From Octopus vulgaris (lineage: Eukaryota): a stretch of DNA of 64,000 nt. The notes beneath the pieces are model-generated. The model searched no databases and had not been told where the DNA came from. It saw nothing but the letters and a program-made list of their open reading frames with translations. The DNA is taken from contig OX597821.1 in assembly GCA_951406725.2 (NCBI GenBank), forward strand, positions 25,792,001 to 25,856,000, given 5' to 3'. Below, piece by piece: positions 49,721 through 63,882 of this stretch. The stretch's first letter is position 1, and every line of letters begins with the position of its first letter. Made by a program: the position numbers and the translations under genes.

Positions 49721-50789
49721 TCTATACTGCCACACATCACTGCTCCCCCCCCTTCCTGAGCCTCTTCTATTTCATATCCCTTCCCCGCTCAACTCATATT
49801 TACCTTTTACCATACTGTCACTCTTATTCACCATTCACTATATTCACCTTTACTCCTATCTCTAACCAATTGTCCTGCTCTTCTCACACTCTCGTGAACT
49901 TATCTACACAACCTTTTCTACTTTCTGACACCTTATCATCATCATTTTTGTCTCTCCTGCTACTCCTGTTCACTATTGTATTATGATATTGCTAGCTATC
50001 TTGCTTGACCATCTAATAGTTCTATCAATCCACTGCCCAGGATTGGTACTATGAGGCTGTGAGTAAAAATCTATGATGATATGATTATGTGTGTGTGTTT
50101 GTTTAGTAGTTTCTGAATACAAAGCAGACATAGATACAGAAAATTCTCTCATTCATTCTCACACACATAAATATATTATAGACTGATCTTGACTTCCTAG
50201 TCATTATGTCTTGCTGGACATGTAGTGATTGTTGCCCCGGATCAGACTACAGATGTACTATCTGCTCTCTCTCTCTCTCTCTCTCAATTCTACATAGGTT
50301 TCTTTTTTTACCAGAATCAGTTGATCACATGTTACCTCCACTTGGGTTAGTCAAAGCACCCACTGCACTCATGGAGTGGTTGGCGTTAGGAAGGGCGTCC
50401 AGCTGTAGAAACACTGCCAGATCAGACTGGAGCCTGGTGCAGCCTCCTGGCTTCCCAGACCTGGTCGAACTGTCCAACCCATGCTAGTATGGAAAATGGA
50501 TGTTAAACGATGATGATGATGATGAACTCACTTCCCTTCATCAACCATCTTTTGTACATCCCTGCCACATAACCAAACTTACCAAGAAGCTTGATCCTTC
50601 CGCAACAGAACATCAACCCTTTGGAATTTTCTCCCGGCTATTTATCTCCTGCAATCTTTAATATGCAGATTTTGAGATGATGGTTACAGCCTATAACCAA
50701 ACCTGTAACCCAAACTTCCAGCCAATGCCATTAAAAATGGCAGAGGGCCAAACAACTATGCAAGACTTACTTTCAGTTATGCCATGGTT

Positions 50790-52332
50790 TCATTTAACCA
50801 AGGGTCATACTGCGTATTCCAGCAAGCTTTATTGAAAAGAATGAGTGTGTTTGACAGTCTTGACATTATTTTCTTACCACAAATGACAGAATACAAAGTT
50901 GAAGACAAAGGGATCAATGAGTGTAACATACATTTGTTGAAAACAGCAATACCAAACAAAGTGTTACAGGCCTAATAGATGTGATAAAGATTTAATGAAT
51001 GACACACTGCTAAGGAGCTAATGTCATCATCATCATCTAACGTCTGCTTTCCATGCCAGCATGGGTTGGACGATTTTGACTGAGGGCTGGCGAACCAGAT
51101 GGTTGCACCAGGCTCCAATCTTGATTTGGCAGAGTTTCTACAGCTGGATGCCCTTCCTAATGCCAACCACTCCGACAGTGTAGTGGGTGCCTTTTACATG
51201 CGACTGGCACGGGGGCCAGTCAGGCGGTACTGGCACCGACCTCGCTTGAATCCTTTTACACATGCCACCAGCACAGGTGCCAGTAAGGCGACTTTGGTAA
51301 CGATCATGCTCGAATGGTGCCACGTAAAAAAAAAAAAATCAGTTGTACTCAAGCAGTATGCCAAAAATTTTAAGTTGATGTTTCAAGCTTAAAGCTTGAG
51401 ATTCAATAGAGAAAGACTTAACACTGATTCACTGCTCTGAAATACTAAAATAATAGATGTTGATCAGAAAGGAAAGAAAGGAAACAACATGATTTGATAA
51501 AGGATATTGATCAAATATATAAACATATATATAATTTGATAAAATCTCATTTCAACTGAAACATTTAAAAAAAAAAATAATCTTCTGAAATTAGGTGTTT
51601 TTTTTTTCTCTTTGTTTTACTTGCTCTGTGGGTGTCTATTTTTTTTTATACCTTCCTAATAGATATCACAAAACAACTGTATCTATGGCAAGCTATCCAT
51701 TAAATCCTTCTAGTATTGATTCTCTAGCATTGACTAGCAACGCTGCCTAGCAGTCTTTCATAACAAGTTGTTGAGTGAGATTTTTATTTTTAAAAAAATT
51801 CATATTCAACGAAAGATAGTAGATCAGCAAAAATTACCTATTGGAAAGTATCAATGGGGTTGAAAAAGTAATTCATCTATGGTACTATACTCCTTATTGT
51901 GCAATGAGTTGGTGAAACGTGTATTTAGGTTGTTTGTATGATGTTGTAATAATTCTTTCTGCTGTAGGCATAAGGCCTGAAATTTCATGGAAGGGACTTA
52001 GTAACATTGACTTTGTTACTCAACTGGTAATTATCTTATCAACTCTGAAAGGCAAAGTTAATCATGGTAGAATTTGAACTTAGAGCATAAAGCCAAATGA
52101 AATGCTACTAATTTTCTTTTTGTCTGCTGTGCTAATGATTCTGTTAGCTTGCTGCCCTCATTGTTCTTTTAAAAACATATAGAGACATTGGTTGGGAAAA
52201 GGAGGAATAGACATGGTTTGGTAAATGATGTATAAAAGAGACATAGTTTTTCAGATATGTATCTTTCTTTTGGACTCATTAACGCTGTAGATAAAGAAGG
52301 AAATAAACCTAAAATGTTTAACTCTGTTATCT
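50790..52332 (+). pseudogene. Decayed coding relic, copy 2 (interrupted by repeats at 51024-51324 and 51965-52160)
   Basis: KIHIQRKIVDQQKLPIGKYQWG*KSNSSMVLYSL and LINAVDKEGNKPKMFNSVIL match copy 1. Confidence 0.45.
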
Positions 52333-52334
52333 TG

Positions 52335-53045
52335 GAGAGAGTCAGTTTAGACGGAGAGGGTCATAGCCCAACTAATTAGGGAGAGAGTCAGTTTAGATGA
52401 GATGCAGTTTGGGTTCGTGCCAGGGAACAGCACCACTGATGCTATATTTCTGGTAAGACAGCTGCAAGAGAAATACCTAGCCAATGATAAACCTCTGTAC
52501 CTGGCTTTCGTTGATATGGAGAAAGCCTTTGACAGGGTCCCCCGATCCCTTATCTGGTGGTCAATGAGGAAACTAGGTATAGATGAACGGTTGGTGAGAG
52601 TTGTGCAAGCCATGTACAGAGATACTGTCAGTAAGGTGAGGGTTGGCAATGAGTACAGTGAAGAATTCCGGCTAGACGTAGGGGTCCACCAAGGTTCAGT
52701 CCTCAGCCCCCTCCTTTTTATCATAGTTCTCCAGGCAATAACAGACCTTGCTCTAATTGCTGAGTCATTATGAGAACCAGACGAGAAGTTTCAGGTGTGG
52801 AAGCAAGGATTAGAATCAAAGAGCCTTAGAGCCAACCTAGCTAAAACCAAAGTCCTAGTAAGTAGGAAGGCAGACAATCCACAAATCCCTTCAGGTAGAT
52901 GGCCTTGCTCGATCTTACCTCTGCTGGTGATAAAGAACCTCTCCCTCAGAGTAAAAGGTAGACTGTATGACGCATGCTACATGGCAGTGAAACATGGGCC
53001 ATGACTGCTGAGGACATGCGTAAGCTTGCAAGGAGTGAAGCCAGA
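52335..53045 (+). pseudogene. RTE-clade LINE RT fragment with internal deletions
   Basis: QFGFVPG, AFVDMEKAFDRVPR, GVHQGSVLSPLLF; the YADD region is deleted. Confidence 0.9.
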
Positions 53046-53505
53046 TATGGTGACAACTCTCGGCAAGCTTCCGTCTTATTAGACCCCTTCAGTGAAGTAT
53101 AGTTATTCATGTGTCAGCTAGGTTAGTAGAGATGAAGGAATATTTATGCATATATGAAGATTGTATATATGTTGGTTTAATTAAATGGCATTCAACTCAA
53201 GGGAAACATTGTGATTAGCATGATAGCTTTAATATATTGAGATTGTACTCATATTCAGGGTATGTGCGCACATTTAGTGGAATTTTACAGGGTGGATGTT
53301 TAACTTCAACCCTTGTGTACAAGAGGGTTATGGGAAAGATCATGTATGGAGAGAGCAAGAGAAAGAGAGAGGGTAAGAATAAACAAAGAGAAACAAAGCA
53401 TGTGAGAGAAATGATGACAAGGGAAAGGAGAGAGAGAGAGAGAAAGGCAGTTGGTCGAATGTGAGTGTGCGATGTAGAGAGAGTGAGTGATTGAGTCTGA
53501 GTGTT

Positions 53506-53536
<31 letters not shown>

Positions 53537-54929
53537 TATATCCATTTTCCAACTGGCATGGGTTGAACAGTTTGACAGGATCTGGTGAGCCACTGGGCTA
53601 CTTCAAGCTCCATTATCAGCTTCGGCATGGTTTCTGTGGCTAAATGCTCTTCTTAAACCCCAACCACTTTATGATGTGTAACTGGGTTCCTTATTTAAAT
53701 TTTTTTTGTTTGTTTGTGACTGGTACTAGTGACATCACCAAATAACATGCAAGACAGGAAAAGAACAAAGAAAGGAAAAAAAAACACCCTCGACTAAGTG
53801 GGGTGGGAGTATTTAAGAGGGCCACTGGTGATTTTATACTAGATGTTGGGAACTTAAAGTACGATTGGGGGATAAGTGTAGCTGTCTTACTGTAGAGAAA
53901 ATACGTGGCTACCTCTCATTATACAAGGATGTGAATATGGGGTGTAAGTGACAGTGTGCATGTATGTGTAAATATGTGTGCACGTGCACACACATACACA
54001 CACACAAGTGTTCTATGTAAACATCTACATGGAGACTTCATAACAATTTAGATTTTACAAAGTGCTTTGTTTTTGCTCCTAATAAATATTTAGATTATAT
54101 TTTAGCATGGAACATAATGTCTTGGGGTTTTTTTTTATTTTCTCATTATTCTTTATCAGTGCTTCTAAATCTTCTTTACTTTGTAGCACAATGGAGATCA
54201 ATCAAAAAAATTACTGGTAGTCTATATATGGAAAGTTTAAAATTGCTGGCTTATTTTGCATAGAAAGTGTAAACAAAAGCCATTGAAATTTAGGTGGGGT
54301 GGGGGAAAGAAACTTATTACTTACTTAGTTTTATTAATCAGGCATGGGTGTGGCTATGTGGTAAGAAGCTTGTTTCCCAACCACATGGTTCCAGGTTCAG
54401 TCTCACTGTGTGGCACCTTGGACAAGAGTCTTCTACTATAGCCTTGGACCAACCAAATCCTAGTGAGTGGATTTTTGGCTTTGTTTTGGTAATTTGTAAG
54501 TCATTCCTCCAAGTTTGCTGTGGACAGATTGTTTATCAAAATAACTATATGAATCATCTTATTTGATATTCTATCATCTTTGAGGATCACAGAAAGACAG
54601 AACTTGTAAGCTAAGAAAAATTTTCCATCATTCCATTGTACCTACCTAAAACTAGATATTCTTGATTGCTCAAAGTTAATTTGTTGATTTTCTTACCAAA
54701 CTATATGCAAGTTTACAATGTAGAAGCCTATTTTGTCATTTTTATCAATTAGTTTACTCATCTAAAAACCATCTTTGCTTTCTAACTTTCCAGTAAATAT
54801 GTTAATTGATGGATCCATTTTACCACAATGTCTGCAACTCACACAATGTAGATACTAAAACATCACACACAGCAAGGAGAATTGTCTCAGTATTTTCATT
54901 AGAATAAAATCCAGAGATTTATACATGGC

Positions 54930-55243
54930 TAGGTGCAGGCATAGCTATGTAGTTAAGAGTTTGCTAGTGAAGCACATGGTTTCGAGTTCAGCCTCATGGC
55001 ATGGCATCTTAGGCAAGCATCTCTTACTAAAGCCTTGGGCCAACCACGGCCTTGTGAGTGAAAAATGCCTATCATATATGTATGTGTGTGTGTGCATGAG
55101 TGTGTGTATGTTTGTGTCTCTTTGTCTTGATGTTGCATAATGTCAATGAATGTCATTCATTTCTGCAAAAATATGTCTGACCAAGAAGAAATATTACTTT
55201 TCTGGGAACAGGTAATGGTTGACAACAGGAAGGGCATCTGGCT
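54930..55243 (+). mobile_element. SINE with a family B head and family C (RTE-type) tail
   Basis: Head gcatagctatgtagttaag...ggcatcttaggcaagc; ends caggaagggcatctggctgta. Confidence 0.6.
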
Positions 55244-55244
55244 G

Positions 55245-55290
<46 letters not shown>

Positions 55291-58200
55291 CATATACTCA
55301 TTAAGGCCAAAATGTAAACTATTGTATATGTACTGGTACCAAACACCATATGTGCTGGTGTCACGTTCTATAGCAAAGTACCTTACACACGCACACACAT
55401 GCACATACACACACATTGATGTATATATATATGTGCTGCTATCGAGATTTATGTACATTCTTATAAGCAGAACAAGCTAAATCTTTAGATATGGTCTGCA
55501 CTAGACAGGATAATCAAGACCTTGTACTATGCGAGATAGTCAAGTTTTTACTTTAGACTAAAGAAACAAATCGCAGTAATGCCTCGAATGTAAACTTGCT
55601 GTTCTTCGTTAACAGTTTCTATTATTATCATTTGAGACAAACTGTTGGATGTAGTCAGCTATTTATATCTAAAGCTGAAAAATAAGTTTTATGCTGTTGA
55701 TAAAAATAATTGCCTTTGCATAATTTAATTTATCAAAAATTAGTATCAGCTGTGTGAGTAGATTTATTTCTAAAATGTTTTTAAATGCCATATCAGGGGA
55801 ATGTTCAGTACCAACTGAGCCTAACAAACACACCAGACTTTTCCATGTTCACCAAAACTGCCATGATGATACCATAACATTTTAACAAAATTGCTTCACA
55901 AACAAATACAGTTAATATTGCTATCTTCATTACGTCCTGTTGTTTCAAGAGGTGCTTCTTTTGGTCTTTTTGTTTTGTAAATGAAAGCTATGTTGCTTCT
56001 GGTTTGACTCACAAGGTTTGTTATTCCCAGACTCAAACCATTGTATTTTTTATGCTGCATGTACCCATGGATGGAATAAGATGTGGTCAAGAGTGTATGT
56101 ATCATTCTTTACCAATGTAGAAAAACTTGGTCTGTTGTTAGCATGAGGAATTAACTGAAGGCTGAGTAAAAATAACCCAATTTTTCTCTCTGGAGTGGGA
56201 AGCATTCCTGTAACCTCTTTTAGTTGTTCATGCTATTTATTCTAGTATTCTATTTCACCATCGGTAATATAGAAACATTTTGAAAAACATTTTGAAAGAA
56301 ACATAGCTAATTTTCTGTAGCCAAGAACAAAAAAACCCCCAAAAAAACCATCATTGTGAAATTAAAAAAAATGTCTGACTCCAAAATTTTGGCATACCAT
56401 TTTTAGAGAAATATACTTGAAACAGTTTCTTTATGGTTGAGCTCTTCATATCAACACTTCTTGGCTAGTCTGTAAAAGAATCCACAATAACAAGCTGCAC
56501 TCCAGTGACATTAGCAAGGGTATGATCCATGTATAGATGACTTGAGGAATCTAATCTCTTTGGAATGTGAGTGAAGCTTGTTACCTTGAAATTTCTTTTT
56601 GTCTCTACACATTTAGGATATCTACGATTGTAGTTTTTGACATAGCATGAAAACCAAACCAACATTTCTCAAGCTTTAGATGCTTGCACAATGGATATCA
56701 TTATGAATACTTCAAATAATTAACCTTTTAGGTAATTCAGACAATGAGATCACAATTTAATTTGCATATAAGGTGTCTCAGTATTGAAGCAGTTATTTCA
56801 GATTTTTTTGTTTTTACTTTGAGAAATGATTTTGCTTTATGTCAGATCACACAATGTTTTTCAAACTAACATAAAAAAAATCAGTTCCTCTCCAGTGTAT
56901 GAAATTATAGTCAACATTATTCAAATTAATATCTTGGAATGGTTTTAAATTTAGTGGAGAAATAGCTTCCAAATTAAATACTGTCAGCTATAAGGCCTAC
57001 CCCAGTAACATAACCCTTGAGAGTTTATTGTATACAAAATTCCTGAAGTTTCTATCTCAATAGCTGAATAATTAAATGCAGCTGCAGTTAACCTCCTCAA
57101 TAAATATAGCATTGGGTGGTTATCCTGCAATAAAATTCTTGATATATTGGCTACTAACATCATTGTCAACATGACATTTTTGTTGACATCAAATATACAC
57201 CCAGCAGTAACATAACTCCCTTCAGTAATTGTTCCACACATCCCACACTTTTCATTTTAAAACCTCAAACCAACTAAAAGTGTTTCCTTTTGCCATACAA
57301 CTAGCATATCTTTCAAAATGCTGGACCATTCACTTTAATATATATGTGTGGGTGTATGTTTGTGTTGATGTTTGTCCTCCCCACCACTTGATAACCAGTG
57401 TTGGTTTGTTTTCATCCCCATAACATAACAGTTTAGCAAAAGCAACAGAATAAGTAAATAAGTATTGAGGGTTGATTTGTTCAACTAAACCCTTTAAGGC
57501 AATGTTCCAGTATGGCCACAGTCCAATGAGTGAAACATGCAAAAAGATACTATTTAACAATGACTCCTATAAGGAACATTTATACAACAAAGAAATCCTG
57601 ATATCTAACTGAAGGTTCAATACGCTGTATATCAGGCAGGGGAAACCTTTTCTGAGAAGCAGGCTGCATGAGATATAATTCATCGTCAGGCTGCACTACT
57701 AAAAGAAAAAAATATTCAAGTAAGGTAATTGTTGGTGTACAATTCAAAAAGTGTGCTGTTGTTTGCTCATGACTGCTGAATGTCAAACAGTCTCACTAAC
57801 TATTTCAAGTTAATTAATCAATTTACCTGTCAATCTGTACACCTTTCTATCTTCATGGCCACTTAACATTAACTGTTCAAGGTACACTATTTGCTACATG
57901 CATACACACATGCAGTGAAGTATAAAGAGGAGTTTCTTCATCACAATAGTTTCATATTTTTACTATGACATTATATAACACCAGTGTCTTTACAGTTTTG
58001 TTATATTAACAGAAAATTAATACCATCTGTCAATCTAATAGCTATCTGTAAACAGCTCACCCCTCTCTCGCTGACGACAATCAATTAATATCTATTGTGA
58101 CTGACACTGATTGCAAACCAAATATGATTAACGATTGATTTTGTCTTGTGTGTAAATCATCAGTTAAAGACAAGTCGACATTGCTCTATGAGCAGAAGAC

Positions 58201-58810
58201 AGTGTGCTGTGAGAGTATAATTAACCTCAACAGGGAGTAAAATTATTTTATTACAAGCTCGTACTAACAGACCAATTAAATTGCTGTCGACTTTAAAACA
58301 ATCAACTTTTCCCAACTTAAATGTTGAACAGCTTTTATTGTTGGGCAATTGATTCTTTTTTGTTGAGTTAGTGTGATATTTTCTTTAATTATTGTTATGG
58401 CAAAGTAACAAACACAAAACAAAAGTAGAAAAAGAAAAGGCAATTAAAAACAATTATTGTATCTGATTCATCAATAACTCCTAATGAAGAGAAAATTGCA
58501 CATAATTTAATTACATCAAATAGCAATATCTTATTTGTTTGTTTAAAAGTATTCATTCTCTGAATTTTCATTTTTTTTTTCATTTTTTTTTATCAGTCTT
58601 TTGATCAATCATTAATTTCTTGAGATTCCCCATAGATTGCTATTTGGTATATTTGTCTTAATCTTGTAGCTAATATTACTTATGTTCTTTTATTATTTAA
58701 ATTTTTGTCTTTATGTAAAATAATGCATTCACTGATAAGTTTCTGAGTAAGTCCACTTGAGATATACATGTGAATTTGGAATTATTTAATCGTAAACTGT
58801 TTGATATATT

Positions 58811-58875
<65 letters not shown>

Positions 58876-59066
58876 ATGTACGTACATGAAGCCATGGCTA
58901 TGTACTGGCATGGCTGCATATTCAAGAAGTCTGCTTCTTAACCAACCACATGGTTTCAGGTTCAGTCCCACTCCAAGGCACCTTGTGCAAGTATCTTCTA
59001 CACCAGCCTCAGGCCAACCCAAAACCTTGTGAGTGGATTTGGTAGAAAGAAATTGGAAGAAGCCTG

Positions 59067-59108
<42 letters not shown>

Positions 59109-59999
59109 ATGCATGTGTGTGTGTGTGTAAACCCAAATATCTATGCTGAAGATTGGTCTGGAACCCTGACAACAGAGGAAAGCCATCAAGAAGTTAACCA
59201 TGGCAACTGAAACCAGTTCAAGGTGACTGGTTGACAAGAGACCATAGGTAGGATCCTTCTTCCATCAAAGACTAATCGAGTCCTTGCTGCCCCCAACAGG
59301 AATGGTGTACAGATTAAGGGATAAAATGCTTTTGACCTTTGGATACCATTTCTGCTGATGATACAGAAGGGTTCCAACAATGTGATGGATTCAGAAGAAA
59401 ATGCCTCTGAGTAGCTCCTGCAGTTTCTGCATGATGAAAAGCATTTTTGTTTTCCATGCCGGCATGGGTTGGATGATTTGACCAGAGCTGACAAGCTGGA
59501 GAGCTGCACCAAGTTCCGGTCTGATTTGGTTTGGTTTCTACAGCTGGACACCCTTCTTGATGCCAACCACTTCACAGGGTGTGGTAGGTGCTTTTTACCT
59601 GGCATCAGCACAGGCACTTTTACATGATGCTGGCTTGGGTGCTTTTTATGTGGCACCAGCACAGGTGCTTTTGATAAGGCAGGAAGTAGCTTTATACTGC
59701 TTTTATTGCTGACACAAGTCAGCATTAGGTATCAGTATCAGGGACCTGCTGTTGTATGTCAATGAAATGTAGGCAGTGGATGTCGAAGATGGAGTAAAAT
59801 AGATGAAGATAAATGAGGTTTAGCGGTAATTTAATGCCTGAGAGTCAGAGTCAGAAGAGTAGTGATAGATCTGTTCAAGAGTCATGACTGATCTATGTAA
59901 CTTAAATAACTGAACTAGTAAAAAGTTATGCTGTGAAATGATAGTAGAGAATGGCAGGGTTGCTGTATGGAAGAGATGCGGGATGATGGTTGTCATTGC

Positions 60000-60831
60000 C
60001 CCTTTTGATACCACTCCCCAATGAAACCACCCCTGGTTCTATGGCATAAGTTCCCTGTTTTAAAATGATCTGAATTAAAACTTTTCATCTAAATTCCATC
60101 TTTTATCTTGTACTTGTTTCAGACATTTGACTGTGGTCGTGCTAGGGCACCGCTTTGAAGGGTTTTAGTTGAACAAATTGACCCTAAGATTTTTTTTTTT
60201 TTGAGCCTAAAGTTTTTATTCTGTCAGAAACTTCAGCTGAACTGCTAAGTTATGGGGGACATAAAGACACCAGCACTAGTTGTCAAGTGGTGGTGAGGGA
60301 CAAAGACATACACACATAGATATATATACATATATATATGATGGGCTTCTTTCAGTTTCCATCAACGAAATTCACTTGCAGGGCTTTGGTCAGCTCGAGG
60401 CTATAGTAGAAGACAGTTACCCAAGTTGCCATGCAGTGGGACTGAACCCGGAACTGTATGGTTGGGAAACAAGTTTCTTACCACACAGCCCATGCCTGCA
60501 TCTTGTTAATTTATATTCCAACTACCAGCTTAACCCTTTCGTTACCATATTTATTTTGAGATGCTCTGTGTTTCTTTCAATTACTTTAAATATAACAAAG
60601 AATTTAGTAAAATAACTTAGTTATCATTAAGCTGGTGTTTGGAACATAAATTATGACTAAGGTTTGGTGGAAGATTTTAATTCAAAACTTATGAAAACAA
60701 GACATTTATACTACAGACCCAGAGATGGTTTCAGCCGGGTCGGTATCAAAAGGGTTAATAATCACCATTATTTTAATAAATTCTTTATTATTTTCAAAAT
60801 TAGTTCAAGCAGAAATATGGTAACAAAAGGG
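60000..60831 (-). mobile_element. Old piggyBac-like MITE containing a SINE B (60103-60498) and a younger copy of the same MITE
   Basis: Starts cccttttgatacc; ends gtaacaaaaggg|ttaa. Confidence 0.7.
60534..60754 (+). mobile_element. piggyBac-like MITE with intact TTAA TSDs
   Basis: TTAA|CCCTTTCGTTACC ... GGTATCAAAAGGG|TTAA. Confidence 0.9.
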
Positions 60832-61423
60832 TTAAGTAAGACTTTAAAAACTTGGGCTCCCTACAACTGAAATCACAAAATGCAACCACAAAGGGTAATA
60901 ATTCTTCCAACATACTTCATCACAAAAATTGGACAATAAGTATGATGATGATGATGATGATGCATCTGGTAGTGATGGCACCATAAAAAAAGAAAAAAAT
61001 ATTTATATTTTTCTCTTATTATTTATTCCTTTTTAATGTAATTTCTTAAGGTACAGATTTATGGTGAAAAATTGATAATTTCTGTGTGCAAATACAAAAT
61101 CAATCAGTGCTTATAGGAATCTTAATTTAAGGATCAATCATGGAAAATTTCTCTTTCTCTCTTTCCTTCTCATATATATATATATATATATATAAAGTGA
61201 TGTGTGTAAAATATTTCACTATGTTATGCACAGAGCTTGAAGTATTAAAACTGCAATATTGCTGAGATTTCTGCAGCATATGCAACTAGTTTGAAAGAGG
61301 AAATGATCATTAAAAGGACTACTGCTACATTCTACTTTGCTCTTGAGAATCTCATAGCTCACCTTTCACAGTTTATATATATATATGCACATGCACACAT
61401 GCACACATGTGCACACACACACT

Positions 61424-61662
61424 AATAATAATAATAATAATAATAATAATCCTTTCTATTAAAGGCACAAGGCCTGGAATTTGTAGGGAGGAGTTTAATC
61501 AATTCCATCTGCCCTAGTGTTTTACTAGTACTTATTTTATTGACCCTGAAGGGATGAAAGGCAAAGTCAGTCTCAGTGGAATTTGAACTCAGAACATAAA
61601 GACAGACTAAATGCCACTGAGCATTTTGCCCAGCATGCTAACGATTATGCCAGCTCATTGCC

Positions 61663-61703
<41 letters not shown>

Positions 61704-61736
61704 TCTTTTTATTGGCCACAAGGGCTGACACACATG

Positions 61737-61778
<42 letters not shown>

Positions 61779-62743
61779 CTTTTCTCCTATCAGCACAAAG
61801 CCTGAAATTTGTGAGAAGGGGGCTAGTCGATTACATTGATCCCAGTGTGAGACTGGTGCTTATTTATCGACCCTGAAAGGATGAAAGGCAAAGTTGACCT
61901 CGGCAGAATTTGAACTCAGAACGTGAAGACAGATAGAAAGCTGCTATGCATTTCGCCCAGCATGCTAACAATTCTGCCAGCTCAATTTCATCTGAATCCA
62001 TCCTGTGGTTCTTGAGATATCTTGTCCAGACAAACACAACTGAAAACAATACCTCCATCTTCACTAAGGCAGAGGTAATAATGTTAAAAGTAGTAATAAT
62101 TGTTTCAAAAATTCTTGCAATGCCAGTGATTTTTTTTTTTTTTTTGTTAGGAGAGAATGGTAGTCAATTGCATCCACTTCAGTACATGACTAATGCTTTG
62201 TTTTATCTCCTTTGAAAAGATGAAAGGCAAAAGTTGATCTTGGTAGTGTTTGAACTCAGAATGTAAAGAACTGAAAGAAATTCTCTGTAAGCATTTCGTC
62301 TGATGTCTTAATGACTCTGCCATTTTGCTACCTTAATAATAATAATAATGGTTTCAATTTTTGGCACAAGGCCAGCAATTTTGGAGGAGGGATAAATCGA
62401 TCACATCAACCCCAGTGTTCAACTGGTACTTGCTTTAACGACTCTGAAAGGATGAAAGGCAAAGTCGACCTGTGGTGGAATTTGAACTCAGAATGTAAAG
62501 CCAGAAGAAATACTGCTAAGTATTTTGTCTGACATGCTGAGAATTCTGCCAGCTCACCACCTCAGTCATTTGACTGTGGCCATGCTGGAGCACCAACTTG
62601 ACAAAGTTTCGTCAAACAAATCAATCCCAGTAGTTATTTTTAAAGTCTGGTACCTAATCTGTTGGTCCCTTTTGCCAAACTGCTAAGTTACAGGGGCATA
62701 AACAAATCAATACCAGTTGTTAAGCACAGAGATAAACACAAAG

Positions 62744-62777
<34 letters not shown>

Positions 62778-62840
62778 ACTCTCTCACACACACAGTGAGC
62801 TTCCACACAGTTTCTGCTTACCAAATTCACTCACAAGGCA
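61424..62840 (-). mobile_element. Cluster of four SINE A' copies with (AAT)n tails plus one SINE B
   Basis: Repeated gatgaaaggcaaag...tttgaactcagaa at about 61552, 61880, 62220 and 62451; B tail at 62563. Confidence 0.8.
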
Positions 62841-63049
62841 TTGAGCTCCCTTATAACATATACAATAATATAATATATTATATGATAATATATAATATAA
62901 TAATATATAATATAATAATAATATATAGATGGTGAAATCTAATCAACAGTGGCAAAAAAACCCACAAAGAACCAACCAGAGATTTCATTACCTTTGTGTA
63001 CTCAGATCCGTTTGAAGAAGAAGAAACTTCCTGTGAGTGATGAAAAGTA

Positions 63050-63663
63050 GAACAGTTACTGGGAGGCGGCTGCAGATATGCCAGGGTGTCAAGGATTCTT
63101 TCCCATTCTAGTTATGAAGAAACCAGATATCATCATGTGTGAAAAAGAAAGTGGTAAATCTAGTTAACTAAGGCAGCGAGCTGGCTGAAACGTTAGCACG
63201 CCGGGCGAAATGCTTTGCGGTATTTCGTCTGCTGCCACGTTTTGAGTTCAAATTCCGCCGAGGTCGACTTTGCCTTTCATCCTTTCGGGGTTGATTAAAT
63301 AAGTACCAGCTATGCACCAGGGTCGATGTAATCGACTTAATCCGTTTGTTTGTCCCCTCTGTGTTTGGCCCCTTGTGGGTAGTAAAAAAACAGGTAAATC
63401 TAGTTAACAGTTGCTCATGAAGATAACGTAGATGCTACTTGGGCTCGAAAGATTGAGTGTTATGGAAACTTCCTTGAGGAATGTGAATATGCAGGCTGGA
63501 AAGCAGAGTATTTTCCAATGGAAGTCAGATGTAGAGGTAACTGTTGTTATCGTTACTCCTGACTCATTGTAAAGTAAATACCACCATTAGTGATATTCAG
63601 GCTCCAGTGGAAAAGGCAAGCCACTGGATCTGGTTAAAAAGAGATGATGAGCAATGCCTAGAA
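63050..63663 (+). pseudogene. C-terminal restriction-like endonuclease domain relic of a HERO-like non-LTR element
   Basis: KPDI ... LTVAHEDNVDATWARKIECY ... GWKAEYFPMEVRCRG ... EKASHWIWLKR. Confidence 0.65.
63169..63392 (+). mobile_element. Full-length SINE family A with a 16-bp TSD
   Basis: TSD ggtaaatctagttaac at 63153-63168 and 63393-63408. Confidence 0.92.
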
Positions 63664-63882
63664 CAGTGGTTTTCAACCAGGGTTCCGCGGAACCTTAGGG
63701 TTCCGCCAGTACAGTCCAGGGGTTCCGCAAGAAGTTACAAAACTGCTAAAATCAGCAGTAATTTTTAATTCTCCTGTGCAGATATTTGTGCATAAAACTA
63801 TTAAATTATTGCACAGGGGTTCCTCGAGCCTGTGGAATGTTTCCTTGGGGTTCCGCTCCAGCAAAAAGGCTGAAAAGCACTG
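63664..63882. mobile_element. hAT (Charlie-type) MITE
   Basis: TIRs cagtggttttcaacc / ggctgaaaagcactg, internal gggttccgc repeats, perfect 8-bp TSD GCCTAGAA. Confidence 0.92.
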
